Assembly (NCBI GenBank): GCA_012295275.1
Contig: CM022670.1
Span: 23,808,001-23,872,000, forward strand
Length of the DNA stretch: 64,000 nucleotides
Reading direction: 5' to 3'
Source: Chrysomallon squamiferum
Taxonomy: Eukaryota; Animalia; Mollusca
Under the pieces are notes generated by a model that saw nothing but the letters and a program-made list of their open reading frames with translations, was not told the DNA's origin and ran no database searches. Position numbers and translations under genes: made by a program. This document shows, piece after piece, positions 13,501 through 27,994 of this stretch (within the stretch, counting starts at the first letter, position 1; every line of letters begins with the position of its first letter).

Positions 13501-16500
13501 ATACCGTGTCCATTGCACTGTTATTGTTTGATATTATGACAGCTGGTGATTGCCACTCTCTGTGTTTCTGCTCTGCTGTTTTTCAGCACTGACATTTGTC
13601 TGTGCATGTCTCCAGAAACAGAGCGATGCAGCTAATGTGTTGTCTTAGAATATGTTCAGAAATAAATCTTAGTTCATTCTGATAAGACTGAATGGAATGA
13701 AGATGTTCTTGGCTTTTATGGTTTTTCTTCAGTTATTATTTTTATGTTTTCTTGTACTTTCAAAGTGTATTCTACAGTTTTTTAAATGTAAATAACCAAT
13801 GTTTTATTATAATATACATTAATTTAATATAAATAGATTAAAGATTTTGACTGAAGATTAACTGAAATGATATGATTCATTTTAATATTTAAAATATTGA
13901 TATAGCCATTTAATTCAAAGAAAAGATTAAATATACTGAAAAAGAAGATAAAATAATTATTTAAATACAGATTTAAAGCTAGTAATTGTTAAGCTTAATG
14001 CTAACTATGTGACATATTTTGAAGTATATTGTTCCAATTTCACAAAATTAACACCATCACATGATAAATCTTTAAAGCAGTGGTTGCCAGACTTCTTACA
14101 TGAATGATCATTTTGATGATGCCTTAAAAATCCAGAACCAGTTTATCCCATTTTTTTAATAGGTCATTTATATTGGGCTGACGATTTAAAAGCTTTAATC
14201 TTAAATCTCCTTTTTCTTCCAAGTTCACTTTGTTTCACTGCTTAATTTTAATCGCAAATAAAGTGGAGAATGCTAAAATAAAAGTTAGTACACTGGCCAA
14301 ATTTTTGGACATCAAGTATTAATTACTTCATTTCCTCAAAATAGTCTTATTTTCAACAATACTTTTGTTTGAAAATCAACAATCATATCAATAAGTTCAT
14401 CAGAAATGTCTTGGTTTTTATTTTTCACAATATGCAAATTCTGGGAAATTTTAGATTTTGTTTCCTTTTCTATTGAATATTATAATTTCTGATACCAAAA
14501 AAAAAAAAAAGACCCTTTTATATCTTTGTGACCCCCCTAACAGTGCTTCTGTTCTAATCTACCTCCTGAGAGGTGTTGTTGGCCACTTTGGCAATCCCAG
14601 CTTTAAACAGAGTTCTTGATTTACACCTGACATTTACCTGCTGTGAGATATATTTCTATAACTAATATCCCAACACCTGGAGCCAGATTATTAGATTATT
14701 TACTAAAGTGATCTTCTTGATAATTGATAAAACAGTTCATATGATAAGAGCATAGGTATGATAAACATACAGAAAAAAAAAAAAAAATTTAAAACTGTTT
14801 TGTTTTGTTTTGTGTATTTTACCTGAACCTACTTATCCCATATTTTTCTCTCATGTTTTTGTTTTTTTTAATAAAGTTTGAATAATCACAAAAAGATTGC
14901 ATGAACACTACGTGAAGCACAACATAAAAACACCAAAAAAAAAAAAAATGGCTACCACAGTAGAATGAGTCTTAATCCTTGCTTTGCTAAACTGCATGCT
15001 CTATGACAATATGTTGAGCCTATTTGTCTGATCAACATCAGAATCAGCGCCAGTGTTATCATCAGTGGAGATCATAATATTGGCATGATGAGCTTCTCTC
15101 TGATGAATTCCATTTCCATTTAAACAATGCTGATGCTCAGTTGTGGGTGTAGCTTAGGCATGGAGAACATTAACCAGACAACTGCGTTGTTCAGACAGAT
15201 TGATGGGGTGGACGGAGTGTCATGGCATATTTGCCAAAGCCCAATAAATACCTTGGATAATGTCTTGCAAAATCATGTCATTCCCTTCTTTCATCAGCGT
15301 CAGGATATACACAGCTTTCAGCAAGTAAACTCTGAGCATTCACAGCACTTTGCAACAAACAGCATCTAGCAAACAAGATGTGCTTTTGCTTGAATGGCCG
15401 GCACTGTCCTCTGATATATTGCCAACAGGGCATCTTTGATGTTACCTTGGTCAGACTGTTCTCAAATAACTAAAAAAAAAAACCTTAGAGAACTTGGAGA
15501 ACTGAAAAATGCATTACAGCAGGAATTGAATGCTATACCCGAGAACACTATTGACAGACAGACTTGTCAAGTGAGTGAGGAAATTTTACATGGCAGGCAC
15601 GTGCTGGTTATAAAGCACTAATGAGTTTTCACTGTGACCCCATTGGTCTCGCAAATTAGTTGAATTAAAACATGTCCGTGCATCCTTTTTTTTTTGTCTG
15701 TTGTCATCAGTATACTCCAAAATATATCACACAGTCAGCATTAAGCTTAACAATTCCCTGCTTTTGAATATAATATTAAATAAGAAAAATTAAATTTGAA
15801 TTCCTGTTAATGTCATTAAAAAAAGTATTTTAAAATAGTTTTTCTAGATGAACATATTTGTATGTTATATTTTATTAAGGATGTTTAAATAGTTACAGCA
15901 AAATAATTTTTTTTTTTTTTAACATATTCATTATATATTCTGCATTAAAATATTATTTTACTTATTTAATGTGTCTGTGCATGTGTGTGTATGTGTGTGT
16001 TTGTTTATTTGTTTGTTTATTTTGAAGCTATTTAATTTTAAACAAACTGATAGGAAAATTTTATGTTTTTATTCCAGAAAGTTAACCTGTGGATATACAG
16101 ATTGGAAAACAGTTCCGAATATGATTTAAGTTGAAAATTTATTTTTTCTTTAACCTTTTTTTCAGCTGCGACTGCATTCCTGTGGTGGACATATGCGTCA
16201 ATAAAATTCAAACTGGATGAAGAAACAAAATTAAAAATTCCATTACTGGATGTGGATATCAGCAGTGAATCCGCATTTCTTACATTTTCAATTATTGCTT
16301 CAATTTTGACGGTATGTTTTTCATTTACAAAACATAATTTTATGGATGTTTTCTAAACATTACAATACAACAGAAAAATGAAATAAAAAAGAAAAAAGTA
16401 ATTAAAATTTTTTTTTAGAGAGTAATTTTAAAAACATTCTGAGAATATGATGTGTAATACAATTTTTGTTTTTATTATTCAAAAAGAAACAAAACAGCAA

Positions 16501-18520
16501 AAACTTTTTCTCCATTAGTTTTAACACGAAAATCAATTATTTGCTTGTTACACATATTTCAATAACTGAACGTACATTTTCATTTCAGTTGATTTTGTTG
16601 CTGGTCATTCTGATAATGAGAAAACGTTTTTCACTTGTGGTAGCATTATTTCATGAGGCTGGGAACTGCGTGGGTGACATGCCCTGTTTGTTACTCCAAC
16701 CTGTCTGGACTTTCTTCATACTTATAATTTTCTTTGTCTACTGGGTTATTATTCTGGCTTACCTTAGTACAGCAGGTAAGTCTTTTTATTATACCTGTGG
16801 CCAAGAGAAACTTTACCACTGTAAAACTGAAATTTCAGAATAACTGAAAAACAAGTTGAAACTGTATCAGTGTAAACAATATAGCCCAAAAATCGCGTAT
16901 GCAGAAAATGATAGCCATCCACAGCATGGTTGGATTTTTTGGAGATATATGTGAAACATTTAAAAGCACATTACTAATGAAATAGCACAACTACACATGC
17001 AGCTAGAGTATAAATCAGTTTATATAGCATATCACATATCCACAGTATCACGAAACCTTATATCTGCAACAATTACCTTAGATCGGTAAGGCTAGTTTAT
17101 AGACAGTGGCCAGGCATCGATAGAAGATGGATCCTGACTTTTAAAGGTGATGGGAAAGCATGCCTATGATATAATTTTTCAGCATGATATTGCCGCACAC
17201 CATACAGCCAGAATCGTAAAAAGCATCTTTGGAAGCAACAAATTCAACATTTTGCCATGGCCTGTGTGCTTATACTGAACAGAACCCCTGTGGGATGTCA
17301 TGGATGGTTGTGTTCTAGAACATGCGCACCCTTCAGTCAAGCAACAAAAACTTGATTCTGTCTGTCCAGACAGAATGACTACATATTCCACATCATCTCA
17401 TCACATGACTGAGATTAGCTTTTGCCTGCACAGAGACAAGGGCTGCTTGTACATGCTGATAATCTGCCTTGTTACTGACATTGATGTGTGCTTGACATCC
17501 TGAAATTTAATGTTTTGGTTTTCTGGTATCCCACATCACTTAGTTAATTCCGATGTTATTACAGGATGTTGTATGGTTGTTATTTCCAGTGTTTATTATG
17601 TTGATATACTGATATTTTAATTCATTTTATTTCATGCATTTATCTTTTGTTGTTTTTCAATTAGAGTTATTTAAAATTATGGTAAAGTTTCTTCCAGCCT
17701 TGGGTATATTGTTTTATTTGTCAAATGTTAGTAAGAGATCTTTTATTTGCATGTTTTATTCTTGATAACATACTGATACTACTACTGTCACAACTACTAT
17801 TATTTTACTAATACCTCTGTCATTACCAGTAATACTATTACTATTATTTGTATGCTTTGAATACAAGTATATATTATTCCTGTGTTTGTAAGTAATCACT
17901 TACTTGTAAAAGCTTTGATGCAAAAAAACGTTTGAAAACTGTGTCTAGTGAACTTATTTCAATTTAGTATTTATATAAACAAAAATAATAATTAGACAGA
18001 ATCAATAGCGCACTTAATAACATACTGCTTAATAATTTTCTCTTTTATAATTTATAATTATTTTTTTTTTCACCCTCATCGTATTACCATTATCTCAGAA
18101 ATGACTTCATAAATTAGTCATGTTTAGATGACTAAGTAATTTGTTTTCAGCTTCCTTCATAAACTGATAAGAAATTTGCACCATACAGATCTTTTGAAAA
18201 CTACAAATGTCAGTGATAATTGTTTTGGTTTTTTCGTTTACTTTATTATTAAAAGATTGTGTTAGCATCATTTGAAAAAGGTTAACAGTTCTGTTTGAGT
18301 TATAGGATACTGAATAATTAGTTTTGTTGGTATTGTTTTGAATCTGATACCTGTACTAAGTGCTTTGATGTTTTATATTCAAGAGGAATTAGTATTCATT
18401 AAAAATTTATAAGCATTTTCTGTTTACTTTTCTCTTGTACTGGAGAGTTTATGGTGGCTGGGGTTTGTCATTTTTAAATTTTTTTCGGAATCTTTTTTTT
18501 TCTTTTTTTTTTTTTTATTA

Positions 18521-18552
<32 letters not shown>

Positions 18553-19587
18553 TCATATTTATTTATTTATTTATTTTTTTATTGTCAAAATTAATATAAA
18601 TATTAAATTTGTTCTTCTGTTCCTTTATCCAAATGAAAATTCATGAAAATAAACATACATATATTCACTGTCAAATTAGTCAAAATAATTGTTGTTACTG
18701 TCATCCTACAGAGAGCAGTTTTGTTATTTACAGACTTGCATTTAGACATGTTTTCCCATGTAGAAGGGTTTTATCACATGTATCAACAATGAAATATAAG
18801 CAGTACATAAAATGACAAACATGTTCTACAAACTGAAAAATAAAAAATTAAATTATTAAATATTATATTCATGTTACGTTTTTGGTTGCCTAGACCCAAG
18901 ACAATTTATTTAACAAAACAGACAAAATTAAATGTTCAAAATAGATGTATTTTCTATTAGTCTAAGATATGTACATTATCAAAGCCAAAAAAGACTATAT
19001 AAAATAAGACTGAACTGTATATGTGCATGTTTTCTTTACTTGTATTCCAGAAACCCCAACAGTAAACAGGCAAACTGGGTTTGTCAAGTATGAACATTAC
19101 GAAATGGTGTCATATTTTTGGTGGTATCACCTGATAGGTCTTGTGTGGACGAGTGAATTCATCATTGCCTGTCAGCAGCTGGTCGTGTCAGGAGCTGTGG
19201 CAAAATGGTATTTCACAAGGTTTGTTTCTAACATTAACTGGTTATTCTAGAATATTGGTAAAGAATTAAACTTGATTGAATCATACACACTTCACAGGAT
19301 AAAGTGAAGTCACAGTGGACATAGTCTGCTACATTCTTTGATTAACATATCAATCCAATCAGTCGGTTATTTTAAAATTTATGTTATAAAATATGCATGT
19401 TACACACATTTACCTTATATTAATACTAAAAAATGTTTGAGTCTAAGTATGTATTTATTTACAATACATTTCTAAACTTTCTTAGATTTAATAAGTTTAA
19501 TTTACATGAAACCATGTTTTTAAATTTTCTGATAATCAGCATTTAAAATGTTAGGCAGATTTTTGATAATTACATATATGTATCATG

Positions 19588-19646
<59 letters not shown>

Positions 19647-20607
19647 GCACATTATGGAGTGTTTTTGTATGTGTTCACAAAAAGTTCTAAATTTTTTTAT
19701 TTTTTTATTTGCATGTGTAAGTGAGTGTGTGAATGCAAAGAATAAAAATACTCTCCAAATTTAGTCTACATGTTTATTTCATCAAATATTCTTTGATCAA
19801 TATTGCAGCTGTTGACTTAGATGTTTTTATGTCGTTTTTTTAAAGATGAAAATAACTGATTTCTTATCTCTAAATGAAGAGAAAACCAGACTCTATTAAT
19901 GTTTTTTTTTTTAAAAAAACAAATTTAATATAACTTTTTGTAATATACACATTTTTCTTTTACCTAAGCATGAAATGATTGTGTCAAAATTTGTTTTATC
20001 ACTCTGCTTTCCTGTTGAGTAATTATTCAGTCCATTGTTAATGTTATGTAGAAAACATTCTTCACTTGGCTCCATGTCTTAAACTGATAAAGAATTTTGT
20101 TTACCTATTTATTTTCTGTACTGCATAATTTATTTTATTTATTGTTTTGTTGAAATAAGATACTGTTTATAATATTTTTTTTTTACCGTTTTTCTTTTTT
20201 AATACTTTTTTTTTCAAATATTATTTTATTTTTACTATTTTTTTTTATTATTATTTTTTTTATATTTTCAGTTGTTTGTTTTGTTATTTTATTTTATGTT
20301 ATTACATTTATAATTTTATAAAATTGAGAAATTGGTATTTTGGGGGGTATTTGTAATATATGTATTTTCATTTATTTATAATGTATTTTAAACCCCATAA
20401 TTATTTTCATGTGAAAATTTTAAACCCCATGCCATTATTTTATTTTAAATTTAACATATATTTTTTTTGTTACATTTTATTAATTTAATTCATTTTTTTC
20501 TTTTATTTATTATGACTTAATATTTTGTTACAGGGTTGGGTTTTTTTTTTTTCTGTTTTTTGTGGGTTTTTTGCATGTGAGCGTATTTGATAAAAAAAAA
20601 AAAAACA

Positions 20608-20638
<31 letters not shown>

Positions 20639-23600
20639 ATTACAATCAATCTGTGAAACCAGTCATTATACATAATGCACAAATTGGTCATAGCCAGCCA
20701 TTATACAAAATGATTAAAGTGATTCAAGTCTTACTGTTAACACTTTTGGTATAGATTATACAATTTAAAATACTACTAAATATGAATAATTAATAATTAT
20801 AGCACAATTTTTGCTATAGTTTCAGATTAATGAATCTTATAGAAAATAAACTTAATAACACTTGAATATTATTAACAAAAAATTCTGGTAATTAATGTTT
20901 CTGTTGTGTATTCTTAAATGCTTTTTTAGAAATTGGATTTCACTGACTTAACTACTTTTATTTTATTAATTTTTTTTTTTTATTAATTTAACTTCGCTTA
21001 TTCTTTTATCTTCTATCTTTTAAACACTTTCATTTTGTTCTGTTTATTTACTATCTGTATTTGTTATATTTCAGAGACAAAGATCAAGCAAGCTGTCTTA
21101 TATGTGGATCAATTGGTGTTCTAGTTGTGTATCACTTGGGTAGTGTGGCACTTGGCTCACTGGTTATTGCTATTGTCAAACTTCCAAGATGGATACTTAT
21201 GTATTTAAATAAAAAGTGAGTGAATTATGATGAAATTCCACCTGTCTTTCAATTTAAGAAAAAAAAATTAAAATTAAAAAAATATATATATAATGAATAT
21301 GATATTTTGTTTCCTCACAAACATTTTATTTCAATATCAATATTTATTGTTTGCAAAGGCAGATTATATCATACAAAACTAATTAGGTTTAGATTATTTG
21401 TACATAATACTGAAGCTGTACATTGTTATTAAATTAGACTAGACTTAGTTTTTTTTAAATTAAAAAATTTATTGTAATAAATATATTGTAATAGGTGATT
21501 TTGTTTTTCTGCAGATTAAAAGGCTCAGAAAACCAGTGTGCCCGATATTGTATGAATTGTTGTATTTGCTGTTTGTGGTGTTTGGAGAGGTGCCTTAAGT
21601 ATTTAAATGCTAATGCTTATACAATAGTAGGTAAGTAAAATTTGTATACAGTGAAACCCTTGAAAACTAGACCATCAGTAAACCAGAATTCTCTTTAACA
21701 CCACCTGTATGATTTTTTTTTCTCAGCTGTATAATTTTTTTTTTCATCACTTTTTTATTTAAAAGAAAAAAAAAATACAAACAGACACACACACACACAC
21801 ACACACACACGCATGCATTCACACATATAAAAAAGGAAAAATAGTGTTTGAAGCAGTGGTTTTTAAATTATTGTATTTATACCATTTATTGCATAAGGGA
21901 GGTTACTCTATTTAACAGTTTATAATTTTAAATCTTTTGTTATAGTCATATATATATAGTAACATGTGTTGTATTTTAATACTGACTTTTGTATGTTTGT
22001 TTCAGCTATTAATGGTAAAAACTTTTGTACATCGGCTAAAAAGGTAGGTTTTATTTATTTATTTTTATTTATGTTTTTTTTTTTCTTAATTATTATTTAT
22101 AAGAAAACAAGGTTAATGTAATTTTATCTGGCAAATATAATTCAAATATCTCCATTAACTACTTTGTTGAAAAATAGTATTTTTAATTAATAATTAATAT
22201 TTATTTGCTTTTTAAAATAAACATTAAAAAACCAATAAAAAGAACCCACCTATCTTTAATTACTTTAATTTTAACATATAAAATTTTAAATGGGTTCTAA
22301 ATTAAATTATTGGAAATTTTTTGAAAAATTTCTTTTAAATGAAAAACTTCTTTAAAAGTTGTTACATTTTCATTTGTTTCTGTCTGTTTTGCTTTTGTTT
22401 TTCAGTTTTATCATTTATTTATTTTTTATTTATTTATTTTTTTTTTATTTCTATTCTAGGCCTTCACAATACTTGTAACAAATGCATTACGAGTGGCAGC
22501 TATAAACAGTATAGGAGATTTCATTCTCTTCCTGGGCAAGCTTGGAGTGATGGCTGCCACTGCTGCCTTAGGGATCATTTGGTTCAAGGCAGGTTTAATA
22601 AGTACACTCTAATACATATATTTTAAATATTTCTTACGTTTTATTTACTTTTTAAAGCAGACATTGGTTAGGATGCTTTCTATTAAATGAAACATTTTAA
22701 AAATAAAATTAAATACAGGTTTCACATATTTTTTTTCTATTTTAAAACAAAGATACAATATATGTTTTAATGTTTTGTACAGGTTTCAGCTAAAAGAAAC
22801 AGAAAAACACACAAATATTTAACTGCAAAATCAGTAATTTTTATTTTAAAAAATATTTTATTTTATATTTTCAGAACCGAAGTGATCTCCACTTCTTTGC
22901 CATTCCAGTGTTATTAGTTTGTGTCTTTGCATTTTTAATTGCTCACTGCTTTCTCTCTGTATACGAAGTAAGTAGCTGATGGATGAATAAATATGTTTTT
23001 TTTTTAACTTTTTGTATACTACATTGTAGAGATGAAACCAGTTATGGTCTGCTCTTATCTATTAATATGCACTTTATCAATAACAAGAACATATATTATG
23101 GTTTTTGATAAATATTCATGTGGCATTCACTGTAACTGAAAACAGCCCAGTGTCTAGATTTAGGAATGTTGATTTTATGGACATATTGCTATAGTAATAA
23201 TTGGTTCCTTTTTATTTAATATATTAAATTTCAAAACTTTTACAATGTCTGGAGAACACCACCAATTTGAAATAATTGTATGAATTACTTTAATTACAAA
23301 ATATTGCTACTTGCAGATGGTGATAGATGCCTTGTTTCTGTGTTTGTGTGAAGATCTTGATTTAAATGATGGGTCACCAGAACGAATGTATTATGGAAGC
23401 AAATCTTTACGGGTAATTGTATTTTTTTTTTTCTAAATACATAAAATTACAATAATTGGTGGACTGTCTAAAAGAGTTCATGCACCTTATTATTGTACAA
23501 CCAATACCTTTTTAGTGACCTAAGTTAAACATTACTTTTCCACATAAATATTTTTGTTAAAATATTATACATATGTAATTAAATACACACTGTTACAAAA

Positions 23601-23854
23601 ACATCATATAAAATACATTCATTTAAAAAAAATGTAAAAACAATTGTTGTTTTTATTACTGCTTTACCTTGACATAATAAAAAGTATAAATACATTTTCA
23701 GCTTGTGTCAGGAAGAGTTAGTACTTCAAATGAAGCTATTTCTTGAAACATTTTTATTTTATTGCAGAGCTATGTACATGATACCAGTAAAGAGCTGAAC
23801 AAACTGTCAAAGAAAAAAGGTGAAGGTGAGGCTGCTGAACCTGCTCACTTATAA
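3149..23854 (+). CDS. SLC44A1: Choline transporter-like protein (SLC44/CTL family, CTL1-like); 5'-partial, 15 coding exons in window
   Basis: Manually spliced exons: 3149-3250, 4294-4442, 7290-7505, 8184-8350, 10060-10149, 16166-16311, 16589-16775, 19051-19219, 21075-21215, 21515-21630, 22006-22043, 22460-22588, 22875-22967, 23317-23412, 23768-23854(TAA). Total 1926 nt, phases consistent. CTL hallmarks: [107 protein letters not shown]. The start exon is not in the window. Confidence 0.93.
4091..4122. repeat. (AC)n microsatellite
   Basis: Direct reading. Confidence 0.95.
5546..6022 (+). mobile_element. Non-autonomous pogo/Tigger-like DNA transposon remnant
   Basis: Imperfect terminal inverted repeats: tactgctgaacctcaatttcacgga and tctgtgaaatcgagggtcaacagtg followed by ta. 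The internal fragment [20 protein letters not shown] resembles the CENP-B/Tigger N-terminal HTH. Confidence 0.65.
10569..10950 (-). mobile_element. MITE / deletion derivative of the element at 40782-41720
   Basis: Ends are cagagtaaactc and gagttta. The reverse complement of 10790-10950 aligns by eye with 40782-40940, and 10640-10740 aligns with the reverse complement of 41540-41660. Confidence 0.6.
14078..14600. mobile_element. hAT (Charlie-like) non-autonomous element
   Basis: Termini are cagtggttgccagac and ctttggcaatcccag, flanked by a near-identical 8-bp target duplication ctttaaag (14070-14077) / ctttaaac (14601-14608). Confidence 0.65.
14880..15712 (+). mobile_element. Degenerate Tc1/mariner transposon
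   Basis: Decayed transposase pieces [22 protein letters not shown] (FQQDNARPH-like), [11 protein letters not shown] (WPxxSPDL-like) and [20 protein letters not shown]. Inverted ends aaaaagattgcatgaaca / tgtccgtgcatcctttttt. Confidence 0.75.
16794..17704 (+). mobile_element. Tc1/mariner deletion derivative with TIRs and TA target duplication
   Basis: ta|cctgtggccaagagaaactttacca ... tggtaaagtttcttccagccttggg|ta. Internal [38 protein letters not shown] is a decayed Tc1 catalytic region. Inserted 18 nt downstream of the exon donor at 16775. Confidence 0.8.
19592..19642. repeat. (TA)n microsatellite
   Basis: Direct reading. Confidence 0.95.
22589..22874 (+). other. GC-AG intron of the CTL gene
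   Basis: Only the AAG|GCAGGT donor keeps frame into AACCGAAGTGATCTCCAC ([11 protein letters not shown]). The GT donor 4 nt downstream gives an immediate TGA. Confidence 0.8.
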
Positions 23855-24940
23855 ATAATTCTGGAGTGATAACTGATTAGGGATAATCCATCTGCTGGAT
23901 AAGGAACAAATTCAAGAAGAAAAAAAAAAAAAAGAAATGAAAAGAAAGACAATATCAGGAACAATAACAAAATTTGAAACATATACTGACTAAGTGACAA
24001 ACTTTCTTTGTTTTTTTTTAACAAATGGTCTTCTCTTTAGATGCAGTTTTTGTTAATTTTGATCATGAAAGGTGATGAAGTTTATTTTTTTATTTTTTAT
24101 TTTTTTTTGAATCTGCAGTTATGAATTTCAGCTGAATGATAGGTGATGCAAACTGAATTGTAAAATGGACTGAAAAATAGGAAATTTTCTTTTATTTATA
24201 CTTTAGTTTATTCAATATATTATTGAATTCATGGAGATTTGTTTATTGTAATCTTATACAGTAATTACAATATCAAAACCGATAAAATAATATGAAAAGA
24301 TAAAGTTTACAAAACAATCATGAGTTACAATTAAAACTGTTAAAAACTGAAAAATTAAAATCATGTTATACCATCAGAATTAACAAATTAACTTAAACTA
24401 AACTAATGAAATAATAAATTTTAAAGATGGTAAAATAAAATGATAAAAAAAAAAAAAAAGTTTTAAAAATACATTCTGTAATCAGAATCATGAAATACAA
24501 TTAGTTTTATTGACATTTTGGAAATCATTTATATTTTTTAGTAATATTTTAAGCATAATAATATATATTCTAGAGCAATTCATTTTGTTTCTGTGGGTTT
24601 ATTCCACATTTATTTTTAGAAAAAATAATTAGTAATTTTTATAACTGCAGTTTGAAGATTTGCAAACCTGATCTTCATTCACATATACATTTCATTTGAT
24701 ATATGTACAAAATCTACTTGTTATTCTTGTATATCACATTTTCACATGCTAAGAAACTTTTAGGAAGCTGGCCATCACTTCAGATGCTCAAATGGCATAA
24801 TATCACTTGCATTTTAAAAAATGTTCATCTTTGTCATCACATTTGTATTATTAATTTATAGTCATTTAATGCATAACATTTTTGAAGGAGTGTTTTTCTT
24901 ATTATTGTTTTTCTTTTTATTTGTAGATACTTTATAACCC

Positions 24941-24982
<42 letters not shown>

Positions 24983-25446
24983 AAGAAAGAAAGAAAAGAA
25001 AAGAAAAAGGCAAAATTATTTCAATATTTCTTATTATTGTTATCACTCTTGTTTTTTTGGTAAATTTATCCTCCTTTTGTTAGAGTTTCAGTCATAAAGA
25101 CATCTATCACTGTATCCTTGTACATTATAGGCAAATATGTGATAATAATATCTGGGCAGACAGTTTAAACTATTCTAAAAACAATAAGAATATAGAATAT
25201 ATTTATTGCTTCTTTTTTTTTTATCTTTCTTTCTTGCTTTTTTTCTGATCTGTAATTTACATATGAAAATAAAAACGACCTATGGACCAATGAGAAAAAT
25301 AATAAATACAAACTACAACAGAATTATCTTTCAGTCTTACCAGAAATACATATACATGATTAATTGCATATTTTTTGCAATTATTTGCTATGATTGTTTG
25401 ATACATTTTATTTGAATTATTCATATTTTATATCTACACACACACA

Positions 25447-25511
<65 letters not shown>
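25447..25511. repeat. (CT)n microsatellite
   Basis: Direct reading, one interruption. Confidence 0.95.
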
Positions 25512-25513
<2 letters not shown>

Positions 25514-27820
25514 GGATGTATCTGTCTCATCCATCCTCCAGACTAACTCAAAATAAATTAACAAATGTACATAAAAGAAGAAAAGACAAAACATTGTGTA
25601 TATATTTCAGTTTGTCTTGTTCTGCTGCTGGTGCTGCAGTAAGTAATGTGTATGTATTTTCATTCTTACATTTTGATTTGTTTTGTTATTTCAAGCTTTT
25701 ACAGGTGAAGGTATAGTTTATGTTTTTGCTGAAAATTTATTACCCACTGTATGACATTGTAGTGTTTCTTTTTTTTTAAAAAGTAAATAAAAAAGAAAAA
25801 GAGATTTAATATTCATAACATTTCTCATTTTGTTTATGCAGGTTATTAAAATTTATAATTTACAGATTAAACACTAATGATTATATTTTTTTTAGAATTA
25901 TTTACACTTAAATTTAAAAAATATAACTGATAGTATATTTTATCTCAACTGATAACATTAAACTAAATTTATATAAAATTTATTTGTTTAATGGAGGATT
26001 GTAAAATAAAATAAAAAAATAAAAATAAAGAATTGTATGCTTTGTTTGGTACTTTCAGATAATAAAATAATTTTGAATTCAGTGCTACATTTTTAAAACA
26101 AATTTGAAATACACGTACTTGAAAAAAGAAAAAAGTATGAATTTGTTATGGCTAATTAGACAGTTTACTTATTATACTTGTTTTGTTTTCATTATTTTAA
26201 AAATGATAGTGAATTATTTATATAATTACAGCATTTTTTTTGTTTGTTTTTACTATTTATCAACTGTTGTTTCTGTTCATTAAATGTGGTAAAGTTGCTA
26301 GACTTTCCCCTTCCTTTTGTTTAGATATATGTTTATATTTTAATATAATTGTGCTCATAGAATATTACTTTCTGTTAAATCTTTTCTGTTAAATCATGTC
26401 ATGTTTGTCTATATAGAAAAATTCTGAATATTATTTTTAAAAATGTTGAATTTGAACAGTTGCTTCTACAATTCTATTTTTACACAACCTTGTATGCTTT
26501 TATCTGTATATTTTGATATTAAAAACGTTTTGTATATATTTTGATCATTTAATGAGGACTGAATCTCATAAAAATAAAATAATATTCCAGTTTTGATTAT
26601 TGTTATGTTGTCCTCCATTATGATACCTAAAAATGGTGATGAATTTGTTTGTTTTTTATGCTTTATTTTGATTCTTAGATTTTGGGTTTGATTTCTAACA
26701 TGGAAATAATATCATGCATAAAATTTTATTTTTATATATGAAGCTTGCTTTTTTGCTGATATATTACGATTATCACTGACAATAAAAATACAACAAATCT
26801 TTAAAAGATAAAATATATTTCTGATTAAATGACCTTTAGTTAAAAAATAATTAATATACACTAAAATGCATTTTTATATCCATTTGTATTGTTGATATCA
26901 GACACTTTATTTTGTTTAACTGACATCAATTAATATACTAGATGATTGATTAAGAGACAAGCAATGAATATACTACTAGTATATGAGTCTGATTGTTAAA
27001 ATAGTAATTTTGTATTTTTTTTTTTTTTAATCTAATTACAGCTATTAAACTCAGTAATTTAATGAATTTATAAAATTCTGCCTTTTTGCAGAAGCCAGAA
27101 CAAATGTAACATTCTATTTTTTTTTTTTTTAAAAATAATAGAGTATAACTATTTAATTTGATTTATTATTTTCTTGGACAATTTAAGAATGGTTTAGTCT
27201 GCTTATATATTAAAGTAAAGAAAGACACCTGAATAATTGCAGAGGATTTTACTGACATTCTGTTGCATATTAGCCAAACAGATGTTATTTTTCATTCATT
27301 CATTTTAAATAAAAGACAAAGCTTTGTAATAAATTTGTTTAATTTATGTCAGATATCATTTCTTTTTCCTTTGTTGTTCACAAAAGACTGATAAATTGTT
27401 GTTATGAGGTTAGATAGCATGCCTGCTTTATCATGTTGAATTTCATAGTTTATGGAAATGTATCAAATGAATCATTCATCTGGTTTTCTACATTTGTTTT
27501 TGTTTTTTTCCCTGTTGAATTTTTTTACATTTCTTATCTTGTAGATAAACTCCATTATCTGAATGAATACTTTCACTTTATGCTGTATGAAAATATGGAT
27601 ATATTTGTACTGACAATAAAATTGTCATCTTTATGTGTTGTTAATTTGTTATTTTAAACTTAATCTTTATAAGACACATATTAAACAGTTTCATTCCATG
27701 ATTTATACTGAATGTTGAATGTGGACTAAAGAATTACAGAAAGTTTCATTTAAAAGACTGTTTGCAACTTGTCAGTGACAATAATCATGGAATGGTTCCA
27801 AATTGATTTCTATCTCATTG

Positions 27821-27852
<32 letters not shown>

Positions 27853-27994
27853 AATATGAATTTGACAGTTAAAAACAACTGTTTTATCAAGATAAATAAA
27901 GGAGAGGTGGCTATGGATTTTACTAATAATTTATAAAATATTTAAAATATTTATGGATTTTAATATATTACAAAATGGGCCTAAATAAAACAGG

